From: Callorhinchus milii | Lineage: Eukaryota | Direction: 5' to 3' | NCBI RefSeq assembly: GCF_018977255.1 | Contig: NW_024704743.1 | Location: 96,102,001-96,166,000 of the forward strand | DNA: 64,000 bases | The notes under the pieces: model-generated | What the model saw: only the letters and a program-made list of their open reading frames with translations | Told to the model about the DNA's origin: nothing | Databases searched by the model: none | Program-made: the position numbers and the translations under genes | Shown here: positions 12,850-25,688 of the stretch, piece after piece | How positions within the stretch are numbered: position 1 is the first letter of the stretch | Layout: every line of letters begins with the position of its first letter

Positions 12850-13956
12850 CTGCTGCCTTCGACACTGTTGACCACTCCATCCTCATACACCGCCTCTCCG
12901 CTTCACTCAATCTTCGCAGATCTGCCCTTGTCTGGTTCGATTCCTATCTCTCTCACCGTCTCCACTTCGTTGCCTCTAACAGTTTCTCCTCCAGTCCCCG
13001 CACTGTCACGTCTGGCATCCCCCAGGGATCTGTCCTTGGCCCTCTCCTCTTTAATATCTACATGCTTCCCCTTGGTGACATCATCCGCAGACATGGGGTC
13101 AACTTCCACATGTATACGGATGACAGCCAACTCTATCTTTCTGCCTCCACTCTCAACTCCAGGACATCTGCTGTCCTGACAGACTGCCTGTCGGACATCA
13201 AGTCCTGGATGAGGGCAAATTTCCTAGGTGTCTTGTTCGACCCTCAACTGTCTTTCTCCCCCACATTCAAGCCATGATCCGCTCTGCCTTCCCTCACATC
13301 GCCCGACTCCACCACTACCTCACCCCTCAGGTCGCTGAAACTCTTGTTCATGCCTTCATCACCTCTAAGCTCGACTATGCAAACGTCCTTCTTGTCAGCC
13401 TTCCCAACTCCTCCGTCCACAAGCTGCAGATAATCCAGAACTCTGCAGCCCGTGTCCTCTCCCGCATCAAACTCCATGGCCCCCATCTCCCCCACTCTCG
13501 CCCGACTCCACTGGCTCTCTATCCTTCAGAGGATCCAGTTCAAGATCCTGGTCCTCACATATAAAGCCCTCCATGGCCTCGCTCCACCCTACCTCTGCGA
13601 CCTCCTTAGCCCCTACCAACCCGCCTGTTCCCTCCGCTCAGCCGGCTCTGGCCTGCTCCACTTCCCCCGACCCACCCGCCCCACCATTGGCGAGAGAGCC
13701 TTCAGCCACTCTGCCCCCAATCCCTGGAATTCCATCCCCCAATCATTCCTCCTCGCCCCCTCCTTAGCCTCCTTCAAGTCCCGCCTCAAGACCCTCCTCT
13801 TTGACCAGGCCATCGGTCATCCCTTCTTCCCCTCCCCTCCCTTACACCCCCCCAACCCCAGCTCGGGTCTGAAATGCTGTACTCTGTCCAGCGCCTTGGG
13901 ACGTCCTCCCGACGTGAAAGGCGCTATACAAATGTAATCTTGTTGTTGTTGTTGTT
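12850..13956 (+). mobile_element. L2-clade LINE 3' fragment
   Basis: Peptides FHMYTDDSQLY, SKLDYANVLL, LQIIQNSAAR, LHGLAPPYL; 3' stem-loop and (TTG)n tail. Confidence 0.92.
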
Positions 13957-14984
13957 AAACGTAGATGTATCTGTATATTAAGGAGCTTGTAACATTATTT
14001 GAAAAGAGAATGGCATTTGTCCTGTCCATCAATCCTTCAGGTCAATTGATATTTCCACTGTGTGGCTATTTGCAGGACATCGTTATTCAAACTGCTTCTC
14101 TTCTTTCAGTTATTTATTTGCATTTTATTTATTAACCTTGAATGAACTGGGGGGGGATGAGTCACTTAGACTAGGCTGCTGAGCTATAAAAGATCAATCT
14201 GCAATACAAATACAGAAGAGGGAAGCCTTACAGATGAAACCCACTCAGCATTTAATTTGAAAATATATTTAGGTATGTAAGAGTTAAAGTCAGGCAAGTG
14301 GGTCTGACCTAGTTAGAGTCAGGCCTGCTGGAACAGACCTGTATGAGTCAGTTCCAATGCACAGCCCCTCCTGGAACAAGATTCCACAGAACCTGTCTAT
14401 CCAGCCTCACACTGTGAACATGAGCTATCTGTGATAGACAAGACAGAGCATGTCTGAGATCAGCTAAACCAGCACAGGACAGAGTTCAAACCTGGAATCT
14501 CAGAGTCTAAACCCAGCCACCTCACACACAACATTAACAAGTTTATTATTGTTCATTGAGGAAATGTTCTGGGGCTTTCTTCACATTGTTCCACTACAGG
14601 ATCAATCTTATCGAGTCACCGTGGGGTTATAGCTTCAGGTTAAGGGATCATTCAGCAGTGTGCGACACAGTACTTAACACAAAAACAACAAGCACTCCTT
14701 TTTTCTCCCTTTCCACCTACACATCGCTTTTTTNCTCTTTCCACCTACACACTCCTTTTTTTCCCTTTCCACCTAAATAACCCAAACCCTACCCTGTTCT
14801 CGGCAGTCATCCATTTAACCACAAATGAATCCACGTGGACTTAAAGGATAAGGATTTTATTCCCGTGATGTGGGGATCTCCTAGTTCATCCTCCAGACAC
14901 CAAGGCAACAGTGTACAGATCCAAGGGCGCCTTCTAGGGTCCCCAGAGGAGAGAGTCTGTCCACTCTCCCACACACACTAAGTG

Positions 14985-15300
14985 GTAGGAGCCCTCACTA
15001 GGTGGATCGCAGGTACCAGGATCTTCCTGTGAGCTTCCCATGAGCAACACAACTGAGCATGAAATGTGTGAGAGCATTGCCAGAATGTTCCTAGCCACAG
15101 CCCAGACACATGTTCCCATCCACTGAGGGATGGTAACTCCAGTTGGACATATGGAGATTGAGTAGCAACTGCTTATCTCTCTGCGTAACAATCAAGGATA
15201 CCAAGCCTTGGATATATGACCATGTGTCTTTGAACCGGGACTCCAGGTAATGCCTTCCAGCAGGTGTCAACCAAAGCCTCAGAGTTTCCTCATCAGCTAC
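14985..15300 (-). mobile_element. Internal fragment of the unclassified element (56550-58328 family)
   Basis: Reverse complement aligns to ~57390-57700 (agctgatgaggaaactctga ... ccacctagtgagggctc). Confidence 0.75.
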
Positions 15301-15519
15301 TCATTAGCATGAAATGTGATGGAACCATTACAGCAATACCAATACACAGCACCAAAGCGATGCATCGTTGTACTGAAAAAAATATTGGGGCTACTGCACC
15401 ACATCATTGTGGTGATGTATTGAGTGATGATAGCACAAAACCCTGTCATTACACTGCTCTCATTCACAGATGTAGAATGCACTGGCAACAGATTGGAATA
15501 ATAATCCTTATATAATAAT

Positions 15520-15935
15520 ACAGTGCATGCATTTGATATAGCACCTTATCACATTGCCAAGACATCTCAAAGCACTTGCCAGGTTATACTGGAAAGTGGT
15601 GTGACTGTGTGTATTTTGTGGGCAAACATGTCAGTCAATTTGTGTACCTTAATGTGCCACAAAACAGCCATGGAGTGAATAACCAACTTTATTTGGAAAA
15701 TCGTTGGCTGGGACCAGGGGAAACTCCCTTCTCTTTTCAAATAGTGCTATGTGATCTTTAACATCCACCTCCATGAGTAGATGGGATCTCAGTTTAAAGT
15801 CGCATCACCTTAGAAATACAACACATCCCCAGTCTTGCACTGAAGCATCAGCATAGACTATATGCGTTTCAAATCCTGAGGTGGGGCTTGAACCCACAAC
15901 CATCTGACTCACAGGTGAGACTGCTACCGTGCTGA
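15520..15935 (-). mobile_element. Old DeuSINE (SacSINE1-like)
   Basis: Head (rc of ttgaacccacaaccatctgactcac), Deu core and L2-type tail in order. Confidence 0.7.
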
Positions 15936-16454
15936 CACTTCACAACATTTGATTTACCACTAGAATTATTATGAGCACAAGGTAGAGGGAAACTGAGTCC
16001 GTATTTTCTTGTCAATCTATGAGGTATAATTACAGGTACAATAGTCTGTGAAAACTCACTTGGTGCATCTGATAAAACAAGATTTTTACTGCAAGCAATA
16101 CCAACTAACACAAATGCTGACTTTCCATTCTGCATAATACAGCCCTTTGTTTTGTCTCCTAACCTGTCTAAGTGCTTTATGCTTACAGATGGTTAACTAC
16201 TACTTTGTCTTGCGTAACTTCACCCAGCCCAATGTAATCACCGTCACACAGACATCTGCAGGTTGGGTGGTCTGGTCTTATCCCTCGCTGGATGTATGTG
16301 CTGGTGCTTTTCCATGCTGTGCTTCGCCCACAAAATATACTGTCAATTCACTTTACAGTATATTCTGTGAAGCACTTTGAGACATCTCAAAGACGTGATA
16401 AGGGACTATATCAAATGTGAGCATTATTATTATTATTATGATTATTATTAGCGT

Positions 16455-16735
16455 TAACTGTCTTTTCTTCCCCACATCCAAACCATGACCCGCTCTGCCT
16501 TCCCTCACCTCCGTAACATCGTCTGACTCCGCCACTACCTCACCCCTCAGGCCACTGAAACTCTTGTTCATGCCTTCATCACCTCCTGCTTGTCGGCCTT
16601 CCCAACTCCTCCTTCCACAGGCTCCAGATAATCCAGAACTCTGCAGCCCGTGTCCTCTCCCGCACCAAATTCCGTGACCCCATCTCCCCCACTCTTGCCT
16701 GACTCCACTGGCTCCCTATCCTTCAGAGGATCCAT
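16455..16735 (+). mobile_element. L2 LINE internal fragment
   Basis: Highly similar to ~13246-13535. Confidence 0.85.
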
Positions 16736-18984
16736 CTTTGGCCAGTACTTTTCCAGGTAGGAGAGCTGCTTCCTGTTGATAATCCCTTGGCGCTTCCTGG
16801 GTTAATATAATGTGGCCGTGAGGACAAAGAGATGCAGGACAAGGGGTGGGGAGGGGAGCAACAAACAAGGGGTGGGGAGGATGACACATATTTGTAGAAG
16901 TGGGAAAAAGACGACAAATGTTGGTTTGGGGGTAGAAAGAAAATAAAAAAAACGGAAATGAAATAGAAGCTTTTTCTTCCCCTCCTCCTTAAAAGCAAGC
17001 TAAAATTATACTAACACTGGTTTCAAAAATTTACATGACCATAAAGCAAAGACTACATTGCGATCTCTTCCCACCCCCTTACACTTGCCTCCCCCACATT
17101 GCACTTATCCTCACCATTACACTGAGGATGGTTAATTGAGTCAATTTTTAGGACTCAATCAAACATGGAGCAGTCATGGTACTGAAGATGTAACGCAACC
17201 ATCAAAGTAAGATAAATCTTCCGTGTTAAAGTACTTTTACAATATAATAATAGTAATCCTTGCATTTGGTATAGCACCTTTCACATCAGGAGAGGTCTCA
17301 AAGAGCTTCACAGGATTTCTTGTAAAGTGTATTCTGCTGCTGCCAGTTTGCACACACAATGAACCACAAACAGCCATGAAGTGAATGACTGATTTTTGGG
17401 GAATTGTTGGACAGGACAATCGGAGAAACTTTGATGTTGGCAAATTGGCTGCTGAGTTTGCATACAAAATGGGGCAACTATGCTCGATAGCAATTACTTG
17501 TGAAGCGTTTTCAGATATTTTGAAATTTCAGGTGCAGTATAAAATGATAGAATTACCATTAATTACATAATCACCCATGATTCCTCTGTACACATGGGAT
17601 CAGGTGGTGCATAATTGCATAACTTGTTTTTCTCGGCTCTTGTGATAAAGGCTGTTTGCCCCTCAGGATAAATCCTTGCAATTCAAGCTTGTAAACAGAT
17701 CCCAAGTTTGGTTGCTCAAATCACTTTGGGTTGACAACAGATGATGGGTATGAAAAAGTGAATTACTGTCTAATGAACTGAATGGCATCTTCGTACTTCA
17801 TTCCACTTTCGATGAGGGCAAGTGATATTGGTACAGCAGATCTAAGGGTTTTAAGAAAAAGAACAAGACAGACCTAAGTACTGAAATTCCATGGAATGTT
17901 GATCAGCCTCTCCATAGTAAAAAATAGTCCAAACCCCATCGCCAAATACAATATACACTTTACACCTTTCATGTCGGGAGGATGTCTCAAAGTGCTCGAT
18001 AATGCTGAATGAGCTGGGGTAGGGATGGGAAAGGTGACTAAAAGAGATTTGTTTTGAGACGTACTTTGGAAGAGGGGAGTGAATTGAAGGAGTGAGCAAG
18101 TCAGAGGGACAGAGGATGGAGGCAGAATAGCTGAAAGCTCATTCTCCGATGTAAGGCCAGATAGTGCTGAGAAAATGAAAATGAAGTGTTTGCCAAAATA
18201 AGGAGACAAGCCAAGGGTTTTGAAGAAGCGTAAATGCGGATCGGGAAAGAAAATGGGAAACACTTCTGCAGGATGACTGGGAGGGGCGGGGGGGTGAGCA
18301 GGGTCGCGGAGTTACTGTGTGACAAGCAAATGTGTTCTGTATGTTACAGCGTTCTGTACACTTGCAGTCCAAGGCCATTGACGCAGTGGACAGCCACACA
18401 GCTGCCAGGGTTCTTCACAAAGCTTAATCTTAAGCAAATTGAGCCAATCATCCACTAGGTTGTTGGAGGTGGAGCACCATCATCGAAAGGCCAATCCATC
18501 AAAAAAATAAAAGAGAAAAATAAAACATATTTTGCAGTGCAATAGAGAAGAATTCACTACTGGAGTACCACAACAAACACAGCTTCTGCTTACAAAATTA
18601 CAACTTACACAAATAATGTGAAACTTTTAAAACATCTGCATACCTAAGATGTCTTAAAAGCAAATTACCTTTACAGATGTACTTATGTTCAAATCTAAAA
18701 ACACACAAATTAAACTTCACTCAGTCCCACTCCCATTTTCACGCTCTTCATGAGGTTTGGTGGGATGGGGGATTGGAGGAAACAAAACAGAAAATATATT
18801 GTGATCATAAAATATAATACAATTTACATTTATATATCACTTTTTGGGGACATGTCTCAAATGCACCTGATCATGATAACCATTTTCTAGTCTGTTTCAC
18901 CCAAAGCCATGTCAAAATCAATCAGATTTGTTGCCATGGTTTTTTTTTGTGGACACCTAGTTTGCTCACCTCCTGATCACCGGC

Positions 18985-19932
18985 GAGTGAGTGAGCTGAC
19001 ATCTACTGTGAGATCATTGTGAAGCCAGCTGGCAGCTATTGTCGTGTCACGGGATTACGTGAGTGCGGGTAGTTTGGTCCAGCCATTAACTCCCACAACC
19101 ATTCACGCCACAGGCCATTTCTGATCCACCTTCTACCGAGAAACGCAGGTGAAGGTGGATGCTGACCTGACAATCCATTTCACCCGGCCTTTGACCTCCT
19201 CAGCCTTCGTTTGCATTTAATTAAATTCCTCCAACTCGGGGATCACAATTTTGTTTTCTAAGCAAACGCAACAGTTGCTGGGGAAAGGAAATTCAGCACA
19301 GAATGAAATCATTGTGAAGTCAGCTGGCAGTTGTTGTCGTGTCACAGGGTCATGTGACTGTAGGCGGTTTGGTCTATGTCCCACACGCAGCGGAAAGACT
19401 ATTTAGTCCATTCAAAATCCATTCTCATAAGTATGTCCATCCAACAAGATTGATTCCATACCCATTGATCCCAAGACATTCCCTCCAATGCTTTCTTCCT
19501 AAAGCTTGTTTGGAGCTGTTAATGTCTCCATAACCATAAACCCCCTTTCTCAACAAATAGCCGTCATGGGAGCCTGACTCTATTGGTAGCACTCTAGCCT
19601 CGGAGTCAAAAAAGGGTCAAAGCCTAGGTTATGATTTTCAACTCACGGTCCAGGTGGACAATGTATTGCAATGTAAGGGGAGGAGGATAGATGCTGCATT
19701 GGGTGGAGGGAGCACTCATGTAGGCTCAATCGGCCAATTGGTCTCATTTCAACTGCATTAAAGTTTGTACATGAATAACACAATATCTCACTGCATGAAA
19801 CTGTTTGGAGATGTTATAAATTCCCTCCTAATGTTGCACTTATGAATTCAGGATCATTTCCACGACAGTGAGCTGGGGAGCAAGCGAGCGAGCTGCATCT
19901 GCTGTGAGATCATTGTGAAGTCAGCTGGCAGT
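18985..19932. repeat. Three dispersed direct copies of a ~25-65 bp motif with an intervening hairpin
   Basis: atcattgtgaag(c/t)cagctggcag at ~19014, ~19308 and ~19909; 10-bp perfect stem 19124-19133/19151-19160. Confidence 0.75.
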
Positions 19933-20728
19933 GAGACTAGCTGGCATATGCTGCCCAGGGCCATTGGCCACTGCTTTTGTACAGTCGCCTCACACTGCCA
20001 TCTTCCAGGGCCAGGATGATGAGATCCCGCCTCCAATATTCAGAATACTTATACTTATACAGATCATTAATGGCAGGACAGGCTCTGTGGTATTGTTTCT
20101 GCTGTGAGTAGAGTGAGGACTACCAAGGGCATTCCGTGCCGTGCCATCTCTTCGCCACCAGTGTATTAAACTATGGGAACTAACCCCAATCCTGCTATCG
20201 TTTGACATCCACACATACACACTTTCTAGAAGTAGTCATTCAACAACAATTAAGCACAGCAACTCTCAGGTAAATTTGTGATATTCTTTAAAAGGTTCCT
20301 CTAATTAGGGAACGTTTTAAGGAATATCAGCAGATAAAGTTTTTGCATGTAAATGCCATTCTGTGTGACCCTCAGATGAGCTCTTATTTCCTTGCGCTTT
20401 CTTCTAACACAGACTTTGGACTTAAGTACAGTCTGATAGTATTTGTTGTTAACAGAACACTGTTACTGTTAACTGTTAACACTGTTAACTGAACACTATT
20501 TTGTTGAGGTTTGTTGTAATCTCCCGAGAAACATAATTGTGAAGAGCCCCAAGTGTCCTTATAGTACTTCCTATAAGGCAATGGGAGACTTCAGGTTACG
20601 TCTGCACAACTCTTCAAAATGCCAATGTTCACTTTGCCGGATCTTTGATTATAATGAAAAAAATTCCCAATAAGGATTATAATTCCCAATAAGGATTATT
20701 TTAATTATTATAGTAATTGTTACTGTAG

Positions 20729-21040
20729 CCCTGTAGCTCAGTGGTTAGAGCACTCGCTTTGCGTGTGAGAGACCTGAGTTCAATTCCAGGCAGAGGGCGA
20801 AACCTTGGGCAAGTTTCCTTACTCCACACGCCTAATAATAATCCCTCCAAAACCAAAAACAATAATAAATTGGTCATTTTCAATTTACGACTGTTTGTGG
20901 GACATTGCTGTGCGCAATTGGCTGCCGCGTTTGCCCACAAATATATAATCAATTCACTTTACAGTGTGTTCTGTGAAGCGCTTTGGGACGTCCTCCCGAC
21001 TTGAAAAGCACTATATCAAATGCAAGGATTATTATTATTA
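20729..21040 (+). mobile_element. Young tRNA-Ala-derived DeuSINE
   Basis: Near-identical to 6824-7147 and 58768-59094. Confidence 0.92.
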
Positions 21041-21739
21041 TAGTATAGTATAACAATTACTATAATAATTAAAATAATCCTTGCATTTTCTGTAATGTCT
21101 TTCACATCAGAAGGACATCTCAAAGCGCTTCACAGCATTTACAGGAAAGTGTAGTGACTGTGTATTTTGTAGACGAATGTGGCACCCATTTCCGCACAGC
21201 AACTTTAGTAAGCACGTAGGCTTAAAAAGTAACATCTTGTCTTTTTAAAATGTAATCACACTTACCTCTCAATAGTAGGGCCTTTACTTCATGGTCAATT
21301 TTTGCCATTGAGCCAAATGCATCTACAGCAGTTCTCAAAAAAGGCAGCGAGCAAATCCATTGTTTAGCATTCCCCTAAATATCTCATAAAAGGCTGCAGA
21401 TTTTTCTCTGACATATTGGATTATCTATGTTGGTGGGAAAAAATGAATCAAAGGCAGATACCTTGTAATTATGTTTCCCTTGTTACATACTTCAGTGAAC
21501 TGAGAAGAATATAATATTGGTTTGAAAATGTTGGTGCATAATCCCACAACTATCAAACATTGGAGGTTGCCCATTATTGTAAAGAAATGATCACCCAGAT
21601 GATTCAGACATTAAATCAATTAGAGGCAAAAACATCTGCTACTGGACTTGTAAATAATGTGATGAAATTAAGGATCATACTGCAACAAAAGTCCTTGAAC
21701 AATATGATCCCAACTCCACCACAAAATATTTCAACATCA

Positions 21740-22065
21740 CTTAGATGAGATCCAAAACAAAGGCGAGGTGTAAATATAAGATAGCCAATAGTAAATTTCA
21801 AAGGGAGATTAGGAAGAACTTCTTTACACAGAGGAATTACTGTGTAATTCTTTACACAGGTCAGAATGTGGAACTCACTGCTGGAAGCTATAATTGAAAC
21901 AGAAAGCATCAATTTGCTCAAGAGGAAGTTTGATGCACAAATGAGGGAGAAGGGAATAGAAGGTTACGGGAAAGGGGATAATGAAGTGAAGGCTCATATG
22001 AAGTATAAACACTAGCACAGAGTAGTTGGGCCAAACGGTTTGTTTCCATGCTGTACAGTCTGTGT
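21740..22065 (+). mobile_element. Old CR1 LINE 3' fragment
   Basis: aggaagaacttctttacacagag...atgtggaactcact (R-K-N-F-F-T-Q-R ... W-N-S-L) and a 3'UTR-like end. Confidence 0.7.
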
Positions 22066-22565
22066 CATTTGCGTTCTAATTCATTCCAATAAAAAGACAT
22101 AGAGATTTATTTTTAGAGATTAGAATATGTGAATCCCCCTTATATACAGAGGATAACGACACCTTGGACTGGGAATGTAATGATTAAGGATAAGAAAGGG
22201 AGAATGTATTTTACTGTTTCTTACACTTTATCCAATTCGGACAACCCTAAAGAGGTGAACAAAGAGAAGAAGCTCCCAGCCTCTTTAAATGAGCACATTT
22301 CTCTAATGTCTAGTTAAAGAGGATGCACATCAATGCAGATAAGGTCAAAAAGCAGCTGCCTATAGAATATTACCAGCAGGATTGCTCAAAAATTATAGGT
22401 TAGGTCCAACCTGAATATAGAGCCCAAAGGAGCCTACCAATCTGTATGTGGCAATTCAGAGGTGTTGGCTGATGAGAAACTTTTAATTAAAGGCAGTACT
22501 GTAGCAAAATAGAGGGATTAAAAGATCCCACAGTATGTTTAGAAAGGAGGTATTTTGCCACATTT

Positions 22566-22886
22566 ATAATAATAATGATAATCCTTGCATTTGATAGAGC
22601 GCTTTTCACGTCGGGAGGACGTCCCAAAGCGCTTCACAAAACACACTGGAAAGTGAATTGACTGTATATTTGTGGGCGAACGCGGCAGCCAATTGCGCAC
22701 AGCAATGTCCCACAAACAGTCGTAGATTGAAAATGACCAATTTAATTATTGATTTGGGTTTTTGGAGGGATTATTATTAGGCGTGTGCAGTAAGGAAACT
22801 TGCCCAAGGTTTCGCCCTGCCTGGAATTTAATTCAGGTCTCTCGCTTGCAAAGCAAGTGCTTAACCACTGAGCTACAGGACTCCAC
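22566..22886 (-). mobile_element. Young full-length tRNA-Ala-derived DeuSINE
   Basis: Reverse complement of the 28382-28703 copy. Confidence 0.92.
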
Positions 22887-23910
22887 GATTTAGACAGATC
22901 TATTAGAAATACATTATACTTTTTTTAAAACCATTTTCTGTACTTAGAGCTGTCACATTTTTCAGTTACTAGGCTTTAAAGGATGGTACATATCTTGTGT
23001 GAGGCTTGGCAAATATGGGCATGTGTAGTGTTTAACGCACTAATACATTTGTTGCACAACACTTAGAGTGCGTGGGAAATGAATGATCAGGGAGTTGTAC
23101 AGAAAATGAGTTTAGTAAAACTTTCCTCTATAAGTCTCACTCAGTACCATAGCAGTGCCTGGGTTTGTATTGAGTAACAGGTGAGAAAGACCCCAGATAC
23201 GATCCTGGTCCTAATTGAGTTATAGTGGCAATGGGACATTACACGGGTCTCTCACTTGCGAGGTGAGTGATCTAATCAATATGCTGCAAGACTCCAAATT
23301 TGGCCAGAGTTCCATCTCCTGATCATTATCCTCGACATCTACTGAAAGAACAATTACCTGGACACTACCAGAAGTCACAATCAGCTCTAATAAGCCCTGT
23401 GTACCCACTGTCTCAGCTCACACATGAAGAAAGCCCACTTGTCTGAGGTTCCAAGAGCTACTATTAGTGCATAATTCCACGTCAAACAATATGTCTCATA
23501 TTGGGACTTTGAACTCAAAATCTAGGCTGAAGGATCACTGCATTGTAGGAGCTGCTGTACTTGGGATGAAATGTTTAACTAACGTCCCATCTACTGGTGT
23601 AGGTGGATGTTATAGAACGAGTGACACTATTCAGAAAGAGAAGTACATTTATTGTACCGGATTCCTAAGCAACAATCCTGATAAAATGGATCATTCAATT
23701 TATTGCTAATAGTGGGATATTGCTGTGTGCAAATTGACTGCTGTATTCGCCTTGAGATATTCAGTCACCACACACTACAGAAAATTTTGAAATGTGCTTT
23801 GAGACATTTTGACTTTATAGATCCTATATCAAATGCAAAGATAATTATTACCCACCAGTGCAATGCTGGAGAATCACTACATTGTTAGAGTTGCTGCCCA
23901 TTGAATGAGA

Positions 23911-24130
23911 TTTATGGAATTCTCTACCCCAGAAGGCTGTGGATGCTCAGGCAATGAACATATTCAAGCGTGAGATTGATAGATTTTTAAAAACTAAAGG
24001 GATTAAGAGATATGGGGATAGGACAGGTAAATGGAATTAGGTCAGAAGATCAGCGATGATCTTATTAAATGGCAGGGCAGGCTCGAGGGGCTAAACGGCC
24101 TACTCCTGCTTCTATTTCTTATGTTCTTAC
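23911..24130 (+). mobile_element. CR1 LINE 3' end inserted into an old DeuSINE
   Basis: tggaattctctaccccagaaggctgtgg ... tttcttatgttctta tail; the host SINE resumes at 24131. Confidence 0.85.
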
Positions 24131-25357
24131 GAGACATTAAACCAAGGTCCCATCTGCAGGTTCAAGTGGAAGTTAAAGATCTCACTGTGCTATTCGATAA
24201 GTGAATGCAGTGTCTCCCAGTATCCTGGCCAATAATCTTCCAAATAAAATTGGTCATTCACTTCAAGACTGTTTTTGGTTACTGTGCTTACAAAATCCAA
24301 ACTGTGTAAAATAGAGGCAGATCCAAGGCACATTTGAACACTTATTTAACATTTCCCATTGTAATAAACAGTGCAGGTCGAAGCCCCCCCCCCCCCCACC
24401 CCCCCTACCCCCCCGCCCGCCAAGTGAAATCCTGGATTGGTCCCTGAAAATGCAGTAAATCAAGGGATGCGCTTTGAGCTGTCTTCCCGATGTGAAAAGC
24501 AGTATATCAAATGCAAGGATTCAGATTGTTTTTATTGAAATACAGTACTTTATTTTCCAGCAGGAAATAAAGCATTTATTTACATATAAAGTTCTCTACT
24601 GACCTCTAGTGCCAGTTTACATTAAGTGTAAACATTGTGTTCTATCAAGGCAATGTTTCCAGATTTACAAGACCTTAAAAGAGGTTTAGATGATAGCCCT
24701 TTTAATCTCATCCTTCTTGTATACCAACCCTTTCAGCTTCCCATTAGAGTATCAAGGTGCTTTTTTTAAAGAGCCCAGTGTCATGGTTTTAACCACTCTT
24801 CCTGGTAACCAGCTTTTGATTATCCTCTGTATAAATAAATACTGTACTTCCAAATGTCTGTCTTAAATTTGCCCTTCATATCATTGAGCCTATGCCCCCT
24901 TGATCTGTTTTCTCAGTATACCTGAAAATATAATTCATTCCAGGCTGCTTTATCTTCCATTTATCATCTTTTAGGAAGTCCTCCTGACATGAAAGACACG
25001 TATAAATGCAATTTGTTATTGTGTTGTTGTTTATATCTCTAAAGACCCCTCTAAAACATTTCAATTCAGACTGGTGTCCAAGCTTTATTCCTTTTAAGTC
25101 ATTCCCTTAACACTGGGGATCAGTTTTGTTTCTCTCATTTGCACTGTCACTCCGATTCGTATCCTTCAAGGCAATTTGACCACTTGCATAATATTTTATG
25201 TATCATTCATGGTCAAATTAGTGATACATTTGATATTTATCATATTGATTGTTCTCTGAATGTTCTGAGACATATCGGCAACGCCGTTCTCAGTGGCAAC
25301 ATCCAAAGAGCCAGAATTCTAGGAATCTTTTGTTTAGCTTTCGTACAGCTGAACCTA

Positions 25358-25688
25358 TGGAGTCCTGTAGCTCAGTGGTTAGAGCACTCGCTTTGCAAGT
25401 GAGAGACCTGTGTTCAATTCCAGGCAGGGCGAAACCTTGGGCAAGTTTCCTTACTCCACACGCCTAATAATAATCCCTCCAAAACAAAAAAAACAATAAT
25501 AAATTGGTCATTTTCAATCTACGACTGTTTGTGGGACATTGCTGTGCGCAATTGGCTGCCGCGTTTGCCCACAAATATACAGTCAATTCACTTTACAGTC
25601 TATTCTGTGAAGCGCTTTGGGATGTCCTCCCGACGTGAAAAGCGCTATATCAAATGCAAGGACTATTATTATTATTATTATTATTATT
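25358..25688 (+). mobile_element. Young full-length tRNA-Ala-derived DeuSINE
   Basis: Same consensus; (TTA)n tail; AACCT on both flanks. Confidence 0.92.

Noticed and set aside
14734..14734. Single N bases (also 37645 and 38345)
   Set aside because: Each sits at the end of a homopolymer run, so it reflects assembly ambiguity.
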